Below the pieces are notes generated by a model. That model did not search any database, was not told the DNA's origin, and worked only from the letters and a program-made list of their open reading frames with translations. Position numbers and translations under genes: made by a program. Positions 8,867 to 19,613 of a stretch of 64,000 nucleotides of DNA are shown here, one piece after another. Each line of letters opens with the position of its first letter. The stretch's first letter is position 1. The DNA comes from Bacteroidales bacterium UBA4788 (lineage in GTDB: Bacteria; Bacteroidota; Bacteroidia; Bacteroidales; VadinHA17): NCBI GenBank assembly GCA_002402965.1, contig DHGW01000014.1:471-64470 (forward strand), written 5' to 3'.

Positions 8867-9889
8867 TTACTTCATCTCCCAGGTTGCACCGCTTCTCATG
8901 AGTTCATCAACTGTCCTGATCTTTGACTTCGCCTGCACCCTTTCGTGCTGTTCGATCATGGCGGCGCTATAAGTCTGGGCATTGATGGCCCTGATCACAC
9001 CAAGTGCCACGGGGTACTCCGGAAGCGACATCCCGGCAAGCCTGTAGTGAATACCAGGGTTGGATTCATGAGCGTCATGGGTAAGGATATCCTTCTCCGT
9101 GATGCCGTTCTCGCCCAGTTTGACGACCTTCAGCTTGAGATCCTTGAGGATGATGCCCTTGTCGCGGTTTTTTCCGAAGATCATCTTCTCGCCGTGGTGC
9201 AGGATGATAGTGTTGTCATCACGCGTCTCCTTGCTTGTAAAGGCATCAAAAGCCCCGTCGTTGAAGATGACACAATTCTGAAGCACCTCAACCACTGCAG
9301 TGCCGTGGAATCCGGCTGCCACCTTGTAGACCTCGTTCGAGAGCTGCAGGTTATAATCGACTGTGCGGGCGAAGAAACGTCCGTTGGCGCCAATGGTCAG
9401 TTCACCGATCTTGAAGGGCTCTTCAATGGTGCCATAGGGCGAAGTCTTGGTCGTGAGGCCCTTCTTCGAAGTAGGTGAATACTGCCCTTTGGTAAGACCG
9501 TAGATCTCATTGTTGAAGAGGATGATCTTGATGTCGATGTTACGCCTGATGGCATGGATATAGTGGTTTCCTCCGATAGCCAGCGCATCGCCGTCACCGG
9601 TCATCTCCCAGACAATCAGGTCAGGGTTGGCCACCTTTATGCCAGTGGCAATTGCCGCAGCCCTGCCGTGGATACTGTGGAAACCGTAGGTGTTCATGTA
9701 GTACGGAAGTCTGGAAGAGCATCCGATACCCGAAACGAAGACATATTGTTCCTTCGGTATATCGAGTTCTGCCAGCGTCTTCTGGAGTGAGGCCAGGATA
9801 CCGTGGTCGCCGCATCCCGGGCACCATCTTACTTCCTGGTCGCTCTTGAAATCCTTAGCTATGTAGTGGTTATTATTCGTTTCAGCCAT
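8867..9889 (-). CDS. korB: 2-oxoglutarate/2-oxoacid:ferredoxin oxidoreductase beta subunit
   Basis: WCPGCGDH motif and a GDGD TPP-binding motif. It overlaps the korA stop by 8 nt. Confidence 0.9.
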   Translation of the reverse strand: MAETNNNHYIAKDFKSDQEVRWCPGCGDHGILASLQKTLAELDIPKEQYVFVSGIGCSSRLPYYMNTYGFHSIHGRAAAIATGIKVANPDLIVWEMTGDGDALAIGGNHYIHAIRRNIDIKIILFNNEIYGLTKGQYSPTSKKGLTTKTSPYGTIEEPFKIGELTIGANGRFFARTVDYNLQLSNEVYKVAAGFHGTAVVEVLQNCVIFNDGAFDAFTSKETRDDNTIILHHGEKMIFGKNRDKGIILKDLKLKVVKLGENGITEKDILTHDAHESNPGIHYRLAGMSLPEYPVALGVIRAINAQTYSAAMIEQHERVQAKSKIRTVDELMRSGATWEMK

Positions 9890-11735
9890 TTTTCTTACCC
9901 TCCAGCAGTTTAATACAGTAATCCTTTATCTCTTTGACGGTGAACGGGAGTCCCTGGACCTTGTTGTACTGGTGATACGAGTACTTCTGGTGCTTCATTC
10001 TAAGGAAGTTGGCAAACTGACCCGTATTCAGTTCGCATACCACCCGTTTCTCGAATCCGGCGAACACCTTCGCGGTGTTTTTCGGCAGGGGTCTGATATA
10101 GTTGAAGTTGACAGCTGAGACTTTGTATCCCTCCTCCTGCAGTTCGCGTACTGCGGTGGTGACTGGTCCGTAGCTGCTGCCCCAGCCTATCACAAGCAGG
10201 TCGCCGGTCTTCTTGCCAGTGACCTTCAGGTCAGGCACATCACTGACGATCCGTTCAACCTTATCGTCACGCGTTTTGACCATGAATTCGTGGTTCTCGG
10301 GTGTATAGGAGACGCTACCCTTGATTGTCTTTTCCAGTCCGCCTACCCTGTGCTCAAGTCCGGGGGTACCGGGTACGGCCCATTTGCGGACTAGTGTCTT
10401 CGGGTCTCTCTCGTAAGCGAGGAACTCTTTGTCACTCTTCACTGCATACGGTACGGTAATGGACGGCATATCCTTCATTGAGGGTATCTTCCATGGTTCG
10501 GAGCCGTTTGCCAGGTAGCTGTCAGTGAGCAGAATCACCGGCGTCATATGTTCTATTGCGATCTTTGCGGCCTGGAAGGCGAAAAGGAAGCAGTCTGACG
10601 GTGTCCCGGCGGCGATGACGGGCACGGGACTTTCGCCGTTGCGGCCGTAGAGGGCCTGCCACAGGTCCGCCTGTTCGGTTTTTGTGGGGAGTCCTGTTGA
10701 TGGGCCTCCTCTCTGTACGTCTATAACCACAAGCGGCAGTTCGGTCATCACAGCCAGGTTGAGGGCTTCCGACTTCAGCGCCAGCCCGGGACCGGAGGTT
10801 GATGTTACCGCAAGGCGACCTGCAAAGCTGGCGCCGATGGCGGTGCATATACCTGCGATCTCATCCTCCGCCTGGAGGCTCTTGACGCCCATGTCTTTTC
10901 TTAGCGCCAGCTCCTCGAGGATACCGGTTGCCGGGGTGATGGGGTATGAGCCGATGAAGAGCTTGAGGTCTGCCTTTTCGGCGGCGGCAAGCAAGCCCCA
11001 TGAGGTGGCCTGGTTGCCGTTGATGTTACGGTAGGTGCCCTTGGCAATCGGCGCGGGACCGACCCTGTATGACGGTGTCAGTGCCTCGATGGTCTCGCCA
11101 TAGTAATAACCGGCCCTCAGAACCTTGCTGTTGGCCTCGGCTACGAGGGGCTTCTTTCCGAATTTCTCCTCAATGAAGTCTTCAGTGTACTTAAGTTGGC
11201 TGTCGAAAAGCCAGTAAACCATCCCGAGCGCAAACATGTTTTTGGTGCGCAGGACGGTCTTCGGATCGATCTCCATACCCTTGAGGGCCTCCTTCACCAG
11301 GGTGCTGATGGGCGCCGCAATGAGGTTCATCGAATCAAGCTTGTCCTCAGCGAACGGATCCGCCTTGTAGCCTGCCCTCTGTATCAGTTTTTCATTGAAG
11401 TTGTCAGAGTCATAAATAATGGTGGAACCTTTCCTGAGCCACCTGGCATTGGCACGAATGGCAGCGGGATTCATCGCAACAAGTATGTCGGTGAAGTCAC
11501 CCGGAGTGTTAATCAGCTTGTGTCCGATGTGTACCTGAAAGCCGGATACGCCTCCCACGGTCCCCTGCGGAGCCCTGATCTCCGCCGGATAATCAGGGAA
11601 GGTGGATATGTCATGTCCGAACAGGGCCGACGTGTTGGAGAAGAGGGTGCCTGTAAGCTGCATCCCATCCCCGGAGTCGCCTGAGAACCTGATCACCACC
11701 GCATCCTTCTCAATGACCTTTGATCTTTTTCCCAT
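9882..11735 (-). CDS. korA: 2-oxoglutarate/2-oxoacid:ferredoxin oxidoreductase alpha subunit
   Basis: 617 aa with FSGDSGDGMQ and GSYPITPA motifs. Paired with korB. Confidence 0.9.
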   Translation of the reverse strand: MGKRSKVIEKDAVVIRFSGDSGDGMQLTGTLFSNTSALFGHDISTFPDYPAEIRAPQGTVGGVSGFQVHIGHKLINTPGDFTDILVAMNPAAIRANARWLRKGSTIIYDSDNFNEKLIQRAGYKADPFAEDKLDSMNLIAAPISTLVKEALKGMEIDPKTVLRTKNMFALGMVYWLFDSQLKYTEDFIEEKFGKKPLVAEANSKVLRAGYYYGETIEALTPSYRVGPAPIAKGTYRNINGNQATSWGLLAAAEKADLKLFIGSYPITPATGILEELALRKDMGVKSLQAEDEIAGICTAIGASFAGRLAVTSTSGPGLALKSEALNLAVMTELPLVVIDVQRGGPSTGLPTKTEQADLWQALYGRNGESPVPVIAAGTPSDCFLFAFQAAKIAIEHMTPVILLTDSYLANGSEPWKIPSMKDMPSITVPYAVKSDKEFLAYERDPKTLVRKWAVPGTPGLEHRVGGLEKTIKGSVSYTPENHEFMVKTRDDKVERIVSDVPDLKVTGKKTGDLLVIGWGSSYGPVTTAVRELQEEGYKVSAVNFNYIRPLPKNTAKVFAGFEKRVVCELNTGQFANFLRMKHQKYSYHQYNKVQGLPFTVKEIKDYCIKLLEGKKNG

Positions 11736-11815
11736 GATAATTGTAAAGTATTTGGTTTTAATTAGTCCCTATGAAAAGAGTAACCGTAATTGAAGAAGCT
11801 AAGTTCAGTATTAAG

Positions 11816-11823
11816 CAAATATA
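11816..11823 (-). promoter_or_regulatory. -7 box TATATTTG for korAB
   Basis: Plus-strand CAAATATA, about 80 nt upstream of korA ATG 11735. Confidence 0.4.
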
Positions 11824-11931
11824 ACCGTATGATTTTGGTCATGTTTGCTTTGACCTTTCAAACAGTCCCGAAGGAGAGAAAAATACCCGGGCAGGGAATT
11901 ATGCAACTGGCCGGGCAAATCTCCGGTGCCT

Positions 11932-12738
11932 TCAAGACCAGATATCAGCCTTCCGGAGGTTGATGGCCTGCTCGAAGAACATCCTTGCGATCTTCTCGAA
12001 CCAGTCAGTATAGTCAGATACAAAAAAGAGATCTTCGCCGGTCTCACCCCTGTTTACCAGGTTATTCTTTTCAAGTGTTTCCTTCAGCCTGGCAGCCACG
12101 ATGCGTGCCGAGTCAACCACCTCCACGTTGAAGTTGAAGAACTTGCTGATCTGGTTTCGGATGATCGGGTAATGGGTGCAACCCAGTATCAGCGCATCTA
12201 TATCCTTTAGTTTCGTGTCAGAGAGGTAAGTGCGGATGATAGCATTGCTGATATCGTCAAAGATGAAACCCTCCTCAATCATCGGCACCAGAAGAGGTGT
12301 TGCAAGTGAGGCCAGCGTGGTTGCCGGAGCAGCCTCGAGAAGCTTCTTTTCATACTCACCTGAGCTGATGGTGCGCTTGGTGCCTATAACACCAAGTTTC
12401 TGAAAGTTCCGGGAGGCGCAGTATTCAACCACCGGGTTGATGACGTCAAGTATTATTACCCTGTCACCGTATTCGGCCAGCAGGTGTTCATAGGCAGAGG
12501 CGGAGGCGGAGTTGCAGGCAATGAGTACCAGCTTGGCATCAAATCCCATCAGGAATTCAGTGATGCGCCGCGAATAACCCCTGATGGCCTCCTCTGACTT
12601 GTCACCGTACGGGAGGTGTGCGGTGTCACCAAAGTAGATGATACGTTCACCGGGAAGCAACTGGCGGATGGCGTGCGCCACCGTGAGCCCTCCCACACCT
12701 GAGTCAAATACCCCAATCGGACGGTTACTTGCTTCCAT
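11932..12738 (-). CDS. murI: glutamate racemase
   Basis: GVFDSGVGGLTV, ACNSASA and GCTHYP motifs. Start trimmed to MEASNRPIG (ATG 12738). Confidence 0.9.
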   Translation of the reverse strand: MEASNRPIGVFDSGVGGLTVAHAIRQLLPGERIIYFGDTAHLPYGDKSEEAIRGYSRRITEFLMGFDAKLVLIACNSASASAYEHLLAEYGDRVIILDVINPVVEYCASRNFQKLGVIGTKRTISSGEYEKKLLEAAPATTLASLATPLLVPMIEEGFIFDDISNAIIRTYLSDTKLKDIDALILGCTHYPIIRNQISKFFNFNVEVVDSARIVAARLKETLEKNNLVNRGETGEDLFFVSDYTDWFEKIARMFFEQAINLRKADIWS

Positions 12739-12801
12739 ACTGATGTAATGTGAGACTGCCCGCCGGGAGGCGGGCAGCACTGATAATTAATTTTAGTGTC
12801 G

Positions 12802-13332
12802 TTATTCCTTTATTCCCAGCTTAGTCTTCACCAGCGGCGTGATGTCGGTACTTTTCACAGTATCAACATATACCAGGGTACGGACATCATATATATAAAT
12901 GTAACCGCCCTCCTTTGCCACAGCATTGATCGCGTTGGTGGCCTTCTCGATGATGGGATTCAGCAGCTCAGCCTGCTTCTCCTGCAACAGGGTCTGTGCC
13001 TGCTGCTGGAAGTTGTTGATGCGGGTCTGCATGTCAGCCAGCTCCTGCTCCTTGTTAGCCTTCACCAGGTCAGTAAGGTTCTTGTTCTCCTTAACATACT
13101 GGTCAAGCTTGTTGTTGTATTCAACCTGCATCAGTTCCAAAGCATTTGTAAGCTCCTGTCCGTATGCATTGTAATTCTTCATGGCAGTATCGTAATCAGG
13201 CATGGCCATGATGATGTCATCGCGGTTGATGTGACCTGTCTTGAATGACTGCGCAAATCCATCCTGTGCCGTGAAAATCAGTGCAGCAAACAGGAGTATC
13301 CCAAATACTTTTTTCATTGTCTTTTTTTTCAA
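12802..13332 (-). CDS. OmpH/Skp-family periplasmic chaperone
   Basis: Signal peptide followed by a coiled-coil rich in K/E/Q. It sits downstream of bamA, as in other Bacteroidota. Confidence 0.8.
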   Translation of the reverse strand: MKKKTMKKVFGILLFAALIFTAQDGFAQSFKTGHINRDDIIMAMPDYDTAMKNYNAYGQELTNALELMQVEYNNKLDQYVKENKNLTDLVKANKEQELADMQTRINNFQQQAQTLLQEKQAELLNPIIEKATNAINAVAKEGGYIYIYDVRTLVYVDTVKSTDITPLVKTKLGIKE

Positions 13333-13356
13333 TTTTTAACGTGCAAATGTAATTAA

Positions 13357-13872
13357 TTAATTCTTATAACCCAGTTTCTGAAGGACCTGATCGGAGAGGT
13401 CATATCTTGGATTGGCAAAGAGTATGTTGGACCCTGCGGAGGTATCGAATATCACCGCATAGCTGCCCTCGACGGAGATCTCCTTGATCGCCTTCAGTAT
13501 CTGATCCTGAATCGGTTTTACCAGTTCCTCGCGTTTCTTGTAGAGTTCGCCCTCCATGCCGAAATACATGTTCTGCAGGTCTTTCACCTCTTTTTCCTTG
13601 GTTATGATGGCCTCTTCCATTTTCTTTTTCTGATCCTGTGAGAGAAGCACCACCTCTGCCTGGTAGTCCTTGTACATTTGCTCCACCACCGCATAGCCAT
13701 CTGCCACCTCCTTCTCCCATCCTTCGGAGAGTTTGTCAAGCTGCTGCTGTGCTGCCGTGAATGCAGGTATGTTGTTCCTTATATACTCGCTGTCGACAAA
13801 AGCGAATTTCTGCGCCGTGCCGCTGAGTGTTGCAGCGAGCACCATGACCGTCAGGAAAATGATCTTCTTCAT
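13357..13872 (-). CDS. OmpH/Skp-family periplasmic chaperone
   Basis: Signal peptide (MKKIIFLTVMVLAATLSGTAQ) plus coiled-coil. It is the second skp paralogue after bamA. Confidence 0.8.
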   Translation of the reverse strand: MKKIIFLTVMVLAATLSGTAQKFAFVDSEYIRNNIPAFTAAQQQLDKLSEGWEKEVADGYAVVEQMYKDYQAEVVLLSQDQKKKMEEAIITKEKEVKDLQNMYFGMEGELYKKREELVKPIQDQILKAIKEISVEGSYAVIFDTSAGSNILFANPRYDLSDQVLQKLGYKN

Positions 13873-13897
13873 TGCTGTTGTGTTTGTGTTGATTTTA

Positions 13898-16417
13898 TCA
13901 GAATTGCTGACCTATTACGAAGTGAAACTGACTTCCGGAATCTTCTGATGTACCCCAGACCGGGGAATCAAATCCGTATCCCCAGTCTATCCCCAGGAGA
14001 CCGAACATGGGCAGGTTCGCCCTGAGGCCAATTCCTGCCGAACGGTTCATCCTGAAGGGATTGAAATCATTGATGTCATACCATGCTCTTCCCGCCTCCA
14101 GGAAAGCCAGTGCAAAGATGGTTGCCTGAGGGTTAAGGGAGATGGGGTATCGCAGCTCAAGGGTGAGCTTTGAGTAGACGTTACCGGATTCAACTCTCCT
14201 GGAAATCCCGTTTTCAATCTTTTCAATCTTGGGTGTCAGTGAGCCGTTGGTGTAACCCCTGAGGGCAATTACCTCGCGCCCGTAAAAGCTGTATCCGGTC
14301 ATGCCATCACCACCCACGTAGAAGTTTTCGAATGGTGATGGGCCTATATCCTTGTTGTAGAAGCCGAGGTAGCCGAAGGCAGCCTTGGCATTCAGGATAA
14401 GTTTCTGTTCCGTATTCAGAGGCATATAGTAGTCCGCCTTGAATACAGCCTTGTAGAACTCAATCCATTTGTATTTTTCTTCGTCTGGCAGGCCTGCCAT
14501 GTTCTTTCCGCTGATGGCTGAGTACGGCGGGGTGGCCTGAAGCGAAAGTGAGAATGTTGAACCCTGGCGGGGGAAGATGGTGTTCGGTCCTGCCGAGAAC
14601 CTGGTGATTTTTGCGCTGAGCGAAGCCAGGTTAGCGGTACCGTTCGTGAAGAGGAACTGGTAATAACTGTACTTGCTCAGGCTGTACCTCTGGTAGTTTG
14701 CATCGTAATAAACAGAGAAGTAGTTGTCAGGCCACTCGAGCCTCTTGCCAAAGCCGACGGATGCACCATCTATTATCATCGACTGCCTGTCGTCCTCGCC
14801 CTTCTTTGACCCGTTTGTCATGAGCGACCGGAATGCGGATATTGACAGGGTATTGGGTTTCTTGCCTCCGAGCCACGGCTCGATGAATGATACATTATAT
14901 GACTGGTATACCCGGCCGTTCGACTGTGCCCTTATCTGGAGCGACTGTCCGTCACCTGAAGGATAGGGTCTCCACTGATCCCACTTGAAGAAGTTGCGCA
15001 TGGCGAAGTTGTTAAACCTCACCCCCACTGTTCCCACCAGCATGCCGGCACCCCATCCGCCCGATATCTCGAACTGGTCGTTGGCTTTCTCTTCGAGCTC
15101 ATAGAGCAGGTCAACGGTGCCGTCAACCTGGTTGAGCAGCGGTTGCGGGTTGATCTTCTCCGGGTCAAAATGACCCAGTACCGCCACCTGCCTTGCTGAA
15201 CGAATGAGGTCTTCCTTGCTGAACAGATCACCAGGCATCGTGAAGAGCTCACGGCGGGCAACATGTTCATTGGTGCGGGTGTTGCCGGTGATGATCACGT
15301 TGCTAAGCGTGGCAGGGTCACCTTCAAAGATGCGTACCTCAAGGTCAATGGAGTCACCCTCCACTGTCTTCTCAATTGGAGTGAGCCTGGAGAAGAGATA
15401 TCCAAAATTGAGGTACAGTGAGCTGACGGCGTCATCATCAACATTGAGCCTCTTGTCTATCATGGTCTGGTTGTAGACCTCACCGGTCGGGAAGTTAAAG
15501 ACGCGGGTCAGCTGGTCCTTTGTGTATATGCTGTTCCCCACCCAGTCTACATTTCTCAGGTAATACTGGTTGCCCTCGTTGATCTTCACCACGAGGGCCA
15601 TCCTGCCGTCCTCAAGCGCATAGGTGGAGTCCCCAAGTATGCGGAAATCGCGGAATCCGTTCTCATTGTAGAATTCAGTCAGGCTGTTGCGGTCCTCCTT
15701 GAACTTGTCCTCGATGAATTTCGAGCCCTTGAAGATGTTAAGGTCCTTCTGCTTGGTGTTCTTCATCACACGGCGAAGACGCTTGTCTTCGAAGAACTCG
15801 TTGCCCTCAAATTGTATCTGTTCGATCTTTACCTTTTCGTTCTTGTTGATGACGAGGTTCAGGATAACATTATTTGGCAGATCGGGGTCATCCTTCTGTA
15901 TGATGTTCACCTCAGTGTTGAGGAATCCCTTTTCGATGTAGTGGTCCTTGATAGTCCGTTCGGCCCTGTTGAGAAGGTGGGCGGTGACCTGGGAGCCGCT
16001 TGGCAGGCTTAGTTTCTCTGTCAGGTCAGTCTCCTCTGATTTCCTGATGCCTTCGAATCTGAGAGATGAGAGTCTTGGTCTTTCCTGGAGATATATGTCG
16101 AGCCAGACGTTTTCGCCCTCTTTTCCGGTAATGGTAATCTTCACATCTGAGAAGAGCCCCTGTTCCCACAGTTTTTTCACTGCAGCGGTGATCACTTCGC
16201 CCGGTATCTCCACCTTCTGTCCGATCCTGAGGCCGGAGATGCCGATGAGGGCATTGGGATCAAGGAACTTCACCCCTGAAATGGTTATGCCGGCAATTGT
16301 GTATTCATCAGGGTAGAGGTAACTGGCATATTTTTCTTCAGTCTGGGCCGTGGCAATCAACCCTGTCATAAGCAAAGCAAAGAGGGAGATTCTCCGCATA
16401 AATTTTCCTTTCATCAT
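13898..16417 (-). CDS. bamA: outer membrane protein assembly factor BamA
   Basis: About 840 aa, with POTRA repeats followed by a beta-barrel ending FHFVIGQQF. Start placed at MMKGKFMRRISLF (alternatives 16414/16399), just after the uppS stop. Confidence 0.9.
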   Translation of the reverse strand: MMKGKFMRRISLFALLMTGLIATAQTEEKYASYLYPDEYTIAGITISGVKFLDPNALIGISGLRIGQKVEIPGEVITAAVKKLWEQGLFSDVKITITGKEGENVWLDIYLQERPRLSSLRFEGIRKSEETDLTEKLSLPSGSQVTAHLLNRAERTIKDHYIEKGFLNTEVNIIQKDDPDLPNNVILNLVINKNEKVKIEQIQFEGNEFFEDKRLRRVMKNTKQKDLNIFKGSKFIEDKFKEDRNSLTEFYNENGFRDFRILGDSTYALEDGRMALVVKINEGNQYYLRNVDWVGNSIYTKDQLTRVFNFPTGEVYNQTMIDKRLNVDDDAVSSLYLNFGYLFSRLTPIEKTVEGDSIDLEVRIFEGDPATLSNVIITGNTRTNEHVARRELFTMPGDLFSKEDLIRSARQVAVLGHFDPEKINPQPLLNQVDGTVDLLYELEEKANDQFEISGGWGAGMLVGTVGVRFNNFAMRNFFKWDQWRPYPSGDGQSLQIRAQSNGRVYQSYNVSFIEPWLGGKKPNTLSISAFRSLMTNGSKKGEDDRQSMIIDGASVGFGKRLEWPDNYFSVYYDANYQRYSLSKYSYYQFLFTNGTANLASLSAKITRFSAGPNTIFPRQGSTFSLSLQATPPYSAISGKNMAGLPDEEKYKWIEFYKAVFKADYYMPLNTEQKLILNAKAAFGYLGFYNKDIGPSPFENFYVGGDGMTGYSFYGREVIALRGYTNGSLTPKIEKIENGISRRVESGNVYSKLTLELRYPISLNPQATIFALAFLEAGRAWYDINDFNPFRMNRSAGIGLRANLPMFGLLGIDWGYGFDSPVWGTSEDSGSQFHFVIGQQF

Positions 16418-16418
16418 C

Positions 16419-17168
16419 TCATCTGTTATCAGCGATCTGCTCACTGGTCTTACCATGTCTGCGTTCCCTTTTCTGGAAGTCTGCCACTGCTTTGTAAAAG
16501 TCCTCCTTACCAAAATCGGGCCAAAGTTTTTCTGTAAAATATAGTTCCGTATATGCAAGCTGCCAGAGGAGGAAGTTGCTTATGCGCTTCTCCCCGCTGG
16601 TGCGTATCATCAGTTCCGGGTCGGGTATATCTGAAGTTGCAAGGCTGGCGGTTACAGTCTCTTCGTTTATATCATTCAGATTCATTCTGCCATCCTTCAC
16701 TGCCGCGGCAATACGGCGGCAGGCTTCCGATATTTCCCAGCGTGACGAGTAGCTGAGTGCTACTACCAGCCTCATGCGTGTTCCGCCGGACGTTAATTTC
16801 ATTGTCTGGTGAAGCCTCTTTCTGACGTTCTCTGACAGACGGGAGAGATCACCTATGACCTGCAGTGATATTTCCTTCTTAATAAGGGTATTGGTCTCGT
16901 TGTTTATTGATTCGATCATCAGATCCATAAGAGCTGAGACCTCCTCGTCGGGCCTGTTCCAGTTTTCTTTGGAGAAGGCGTAAAGAGTGAGGTATTTTAC
17001 TCCAAGTTCGGCAGCTGCATCAACGGTTTTGCGGACAGCCTTCACGCCCTCATGGTGGCCGAAGATTCTCTCCCTGCCTCTCCTGTGTGCCCAGCGGCCG
17101 TTGCCATCCATAATAACAGCAACATGCCCTGGCAGCCTGCTCATATCTATCTGATTCTTAAATGTCAA
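16419..17168 (-). CDS. uppS: undecaprenyl diphosphate synthase (isoprenyl transferase)
   Basis: VAVIMDGNGRWA and RTSGEKRISNFLLWQLAYTELYF motifs. Confidence 0.95.
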   Translation of the reverse strand: MTFKNQIDMSRLPGHVAVIMDGNGRWAHRRGRERIFGHHEGVKAVRKTVDAAAELGVKYLTLYAFSKENWNRPDEEVSALMDLMIESINNETNTLIKKEISLQVIGDLSRLSENVRKRLHQTMKLTSGGTRMRLVVALSYSSRWEISEACRRIAAAVKDGRMNLNDINEETVTASLATSDIPDPELMIRTSGEKRISNFLLWQLAYTELYFTEKLWPDFGKEDFYKAVADFQKRERRHGKTSEQIADNR

Positions 17169-17851
17169 CGTTTTCTCCTCTTTCCTAATTTATCCTGTTC
17201 AATCTCTGCAAAAGCAGGGCAACCTGCAAGCTTGTTGTACATCTTCCATGTGACCGAAACGCCCATGAAACTGTACCAGTCATTGTTGTGCAACCAAGAA
17301 TGATCTACAGCGGAAGGTGAATCTCCCGGAGTCATGATCTCATACTGGCCGTCAAATTTATCATAAAAAGTCTTACGAAACCCATATTCGAATTCAAGTC
17401 CAATCTGATTTGCTACATTGATCTTAAATCCGGCAGAGAATGGGATAGAAAAGAAAGGGTGAAAGCTTTGGGGAGCTTGATTGTCCAGGAAAACCTCATT
17501 TAATACGAAAGAGAAGGCTGCTCCTGCGGCTATATAAGGCGTATAGTCAATATGTCTGCTTCTGAAGGTGGAGTACGGGAAAAAGTTGAATTCATATGTT
17601 ACGCCCAGTTCACCTATGGGTGCTTTAAGGGGGGTGATATATCCTCCCATGATGTTGGCTCTGACTGACTGCCTGGGATTGAAGTTGTACCTGTAGAAGA
17701 ACTGGGCGGCCGGGCCGGGTTTGAATAAGGTTTTGACAGAGTCACCGAGATAAGATACCGCACCGAGAGAGACGCCATAATCGGCACTTCGCTGCGGGAA
17801 AGCCTGCAGGCTGATTATACCCAGTATCAGTATGATTAATTCTTTCCTCAT
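17165..17851 (-). CDS. outer-membrane beta-barrel protein (DUF6089-like)
   Basis: Signal peptide and an alternating aromatic beta-strand pattern. 4-nt overlap with uppS, and the position between nadK and uppS is conserved. Confidence 0.55.
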   Translation of the reverse strand: MRKELIILILGIISLQAFPQRSADYGVSLGAVSYLGDSVKTLFKPGPAAQFFYRYNFNPRQSVRANIMGGYITPLKAPIGELGVTYEFNFFPYSTFRSRHIDYTPYIAAGAAFSFVLNEVFLDNQAPQSFHPFFSIPFSAGFKINVANQIGLEFEYGFRKTFYDKFDGQYEIMTPGDSPSAVDHSWLHNNDWYSFMGVSVTWKMYNKLAGCPAFAEIEQDKLGKRRKR

Positions 17852-17869
17852 TAGCTGTTCATTGGACTG

Positions 17870-18649
17870 TCACCTGAAAGAGGGCAGTCCGTTACGTGCT
17901 GTTTTGATCCGGTAATTCACGGTGACGCTGAAGGTGTGATAGGCGTCATTTCTCTTCGACCACTCTGAAGTATAACCGTCAAGATAGTCAGAGAGGGCGT
18001 ATCTCCCTGCCAGCTCCACCCCTATCAGAAGATTCGGGTCCATTGTCAGTTTGGCTCCCACTCCCAGGGGTAATACAGCGGCAAACCCGCTACGGCTGAG
18101 AGAAGGGTCATCATCCCAGGTGGCCTGTATCCTGTCATTGCCGTAGAATACATTGTAGCCTGCTCCGCCAATGCCGGTAAGTGCATAGACATCAATGCTC
18201 CTGAAGAAATCGCGAACCCTGCTGTTTCTCCTGTACATGTAAGTCTGGAAGAGGAAACTGTTACGCTCACGGTTTCTGACGAAGTAGTATTCACCAAGTA
18301 TGGACGGTTCATAGATAAAACTGCTGGTCTCGTACAGCCTTCCGTCATTATTCGATCCCCTGATGTCGTCGGCATGCAGCATGCCCCATGTAAAAGAGAG
18401 TCTTGCGGCGATATTGTCCGTGATGAAGTACCTGAATGAGCCGTTGACGCTGAAACGTGTCTGCTTGAAGGTTATATCCCTGAATCCAAGTACGTTGTCA
18501 CCGATTGTAAAACCTCCGATGTCACCATAAAACTGGGTAGTGCCGACTGCTGCCGTGGCTTCATATCTCTTCATCTTCCACAACTGTGCGGATGAGAATG
18601 GTGCTATAGAAAGCACCACAATACACATCACTATCAGACGTTTACCCAT
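17870..18649 (-). CDS. outer-membrane beta-barrel protein (DUF6089/porin-like)
   Basis: Signal peptide, beta-strand periodicity and an aromatic C-terminus (LPSFR). It appears to be a paralogue of the downstream gene. Confidence 0.5.
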   Translation of the reverse strand: MGKRLIVMCIVVLSIAPFSSAQLWKMKRYEATAAVGTTQFYGDIGGFTIGDNVLGFRDITFKQTRFSVNGSFRYFITDNIAARLSFTWGMLHADDIRGSNNDGRLYETSSFIYEPSILGEYYFVRNRERNSFLFQTYMYRRNSRVRDFFRSIDVYALTGIGGAGYNVFYGNDRIQATWDDDPSLSRSGFAAVLPLGVGAKLTMDPNLLIGVELAGRYALSDYLDGYTSEWSKRNDAYHTFSVTVNYRIKTARNGLPSFR

Positions 18650-18723
18650 CAGTCACCTTGCAGTTATGGCTACAAATATAAGGAATGTACAATATTTAAA
18701 ACTTAAATATTCCTTAATTATTG

Positions 18724-19602
18724 TCAGTTACGGGGATCGGCACCCCACATCAGCTTATTCCGGAGAGTGCTGAAAAAATCATTTCCGGCAGTTAAGACAG
18801 TACTGAGACGTGAGGCTGACTGACGCACCTCAATGAGGGTACCTGCCTGCACCCTTACGGCCTTCGAGTCGCAGGTCACCAGGCACTGGCTGCTTCTGCC
18901 CCCCGGCTCGAGGGTGATGACGCTGCTGCCGGTGACTATTATTGGCCTGATTGTAAGATTATGCGGTGACATGGGGACGATAATGATGCTGTCATCCGTC
19001 GGCGACAGGATAGGGCCTCCAACGCTTAAGTTGTAAGCCGTTGATCCTGTGGCTGATGAGACAATCAGTCCGTCGGCCCGGTAGGTATTAAGGAAGATAC
19101 CGTCAACCTTCACCGTAATGGTGATCATGGTCTGATCGGCTTTCTGGACAGTTATCTCATTCAGGGCTATAGCATTGCCATTGCTGAAGAGATCCTTCGG
19201 GGAGACTACCTCAAGCATGGAACGGCTGACGAGTTCATACTGACCGGTACAGAGCAGGTCGATTGATTTCCCGATGTCATCATCAGGTATATTTGCCAGG
19301 AATCCGAGGCGCCCGGTGTTTATTCCTGCAACGGGTATCCCCGTATTGCGGACTCTCATTGAAGTCTCCAGGAAGGTGCCGTCGCCGCCGATGCTGAGGA
19401 TCATGAATACATCAGCAGGCAGGTCAGTGATCTCGTTGAAGAGGATGACCCTGGGGTCATGGTCAAAATGATTGCCGCCCGGATCCATGATATTCAGATA
19501 GATGGTGATTCCCCTGTCATAAAGGAGATAAATTACCCGCATCAGTCCGGCTGTGGTCTTTTCCGTCAGACCCTTGCTGTAGAGTGCTATAGTCTTGTCC
19601 AT
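18724..19602 (-). CDS. nadK: NAD kinase
   Basis: GGDGTFL and TGSTAYNLSVGGPI motifs. Confidence 0.9.
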   Translation of the reverse strand: MDKTIALYSKGLTEKTTAGLMRVIYLLYDRGITIYLNIMDPGGNHFDHDPRVILFNEITDLPADVFMILSIGGDGTFLETSMRVRNTGIPVAGINTGRLGFLANIPDDDIGKSIDLLCTGQYELVSRSMLEVVSPKDLFSNGNAIALNEITVQKADQTMITITVKVDGIFLNTYRADGLIVSSATGSTAYNLSVGGPILSPTDDSIIIVPMSPHNLTIRPIIVTGSSVITLEPGGRSSQCLVTCDSKAVRVQAGTLIEVRQSASRLSTVLTAGNDFFSTLRNKLMWGADPRN

Positions 19603-19613
19603 CCGGATGCAGG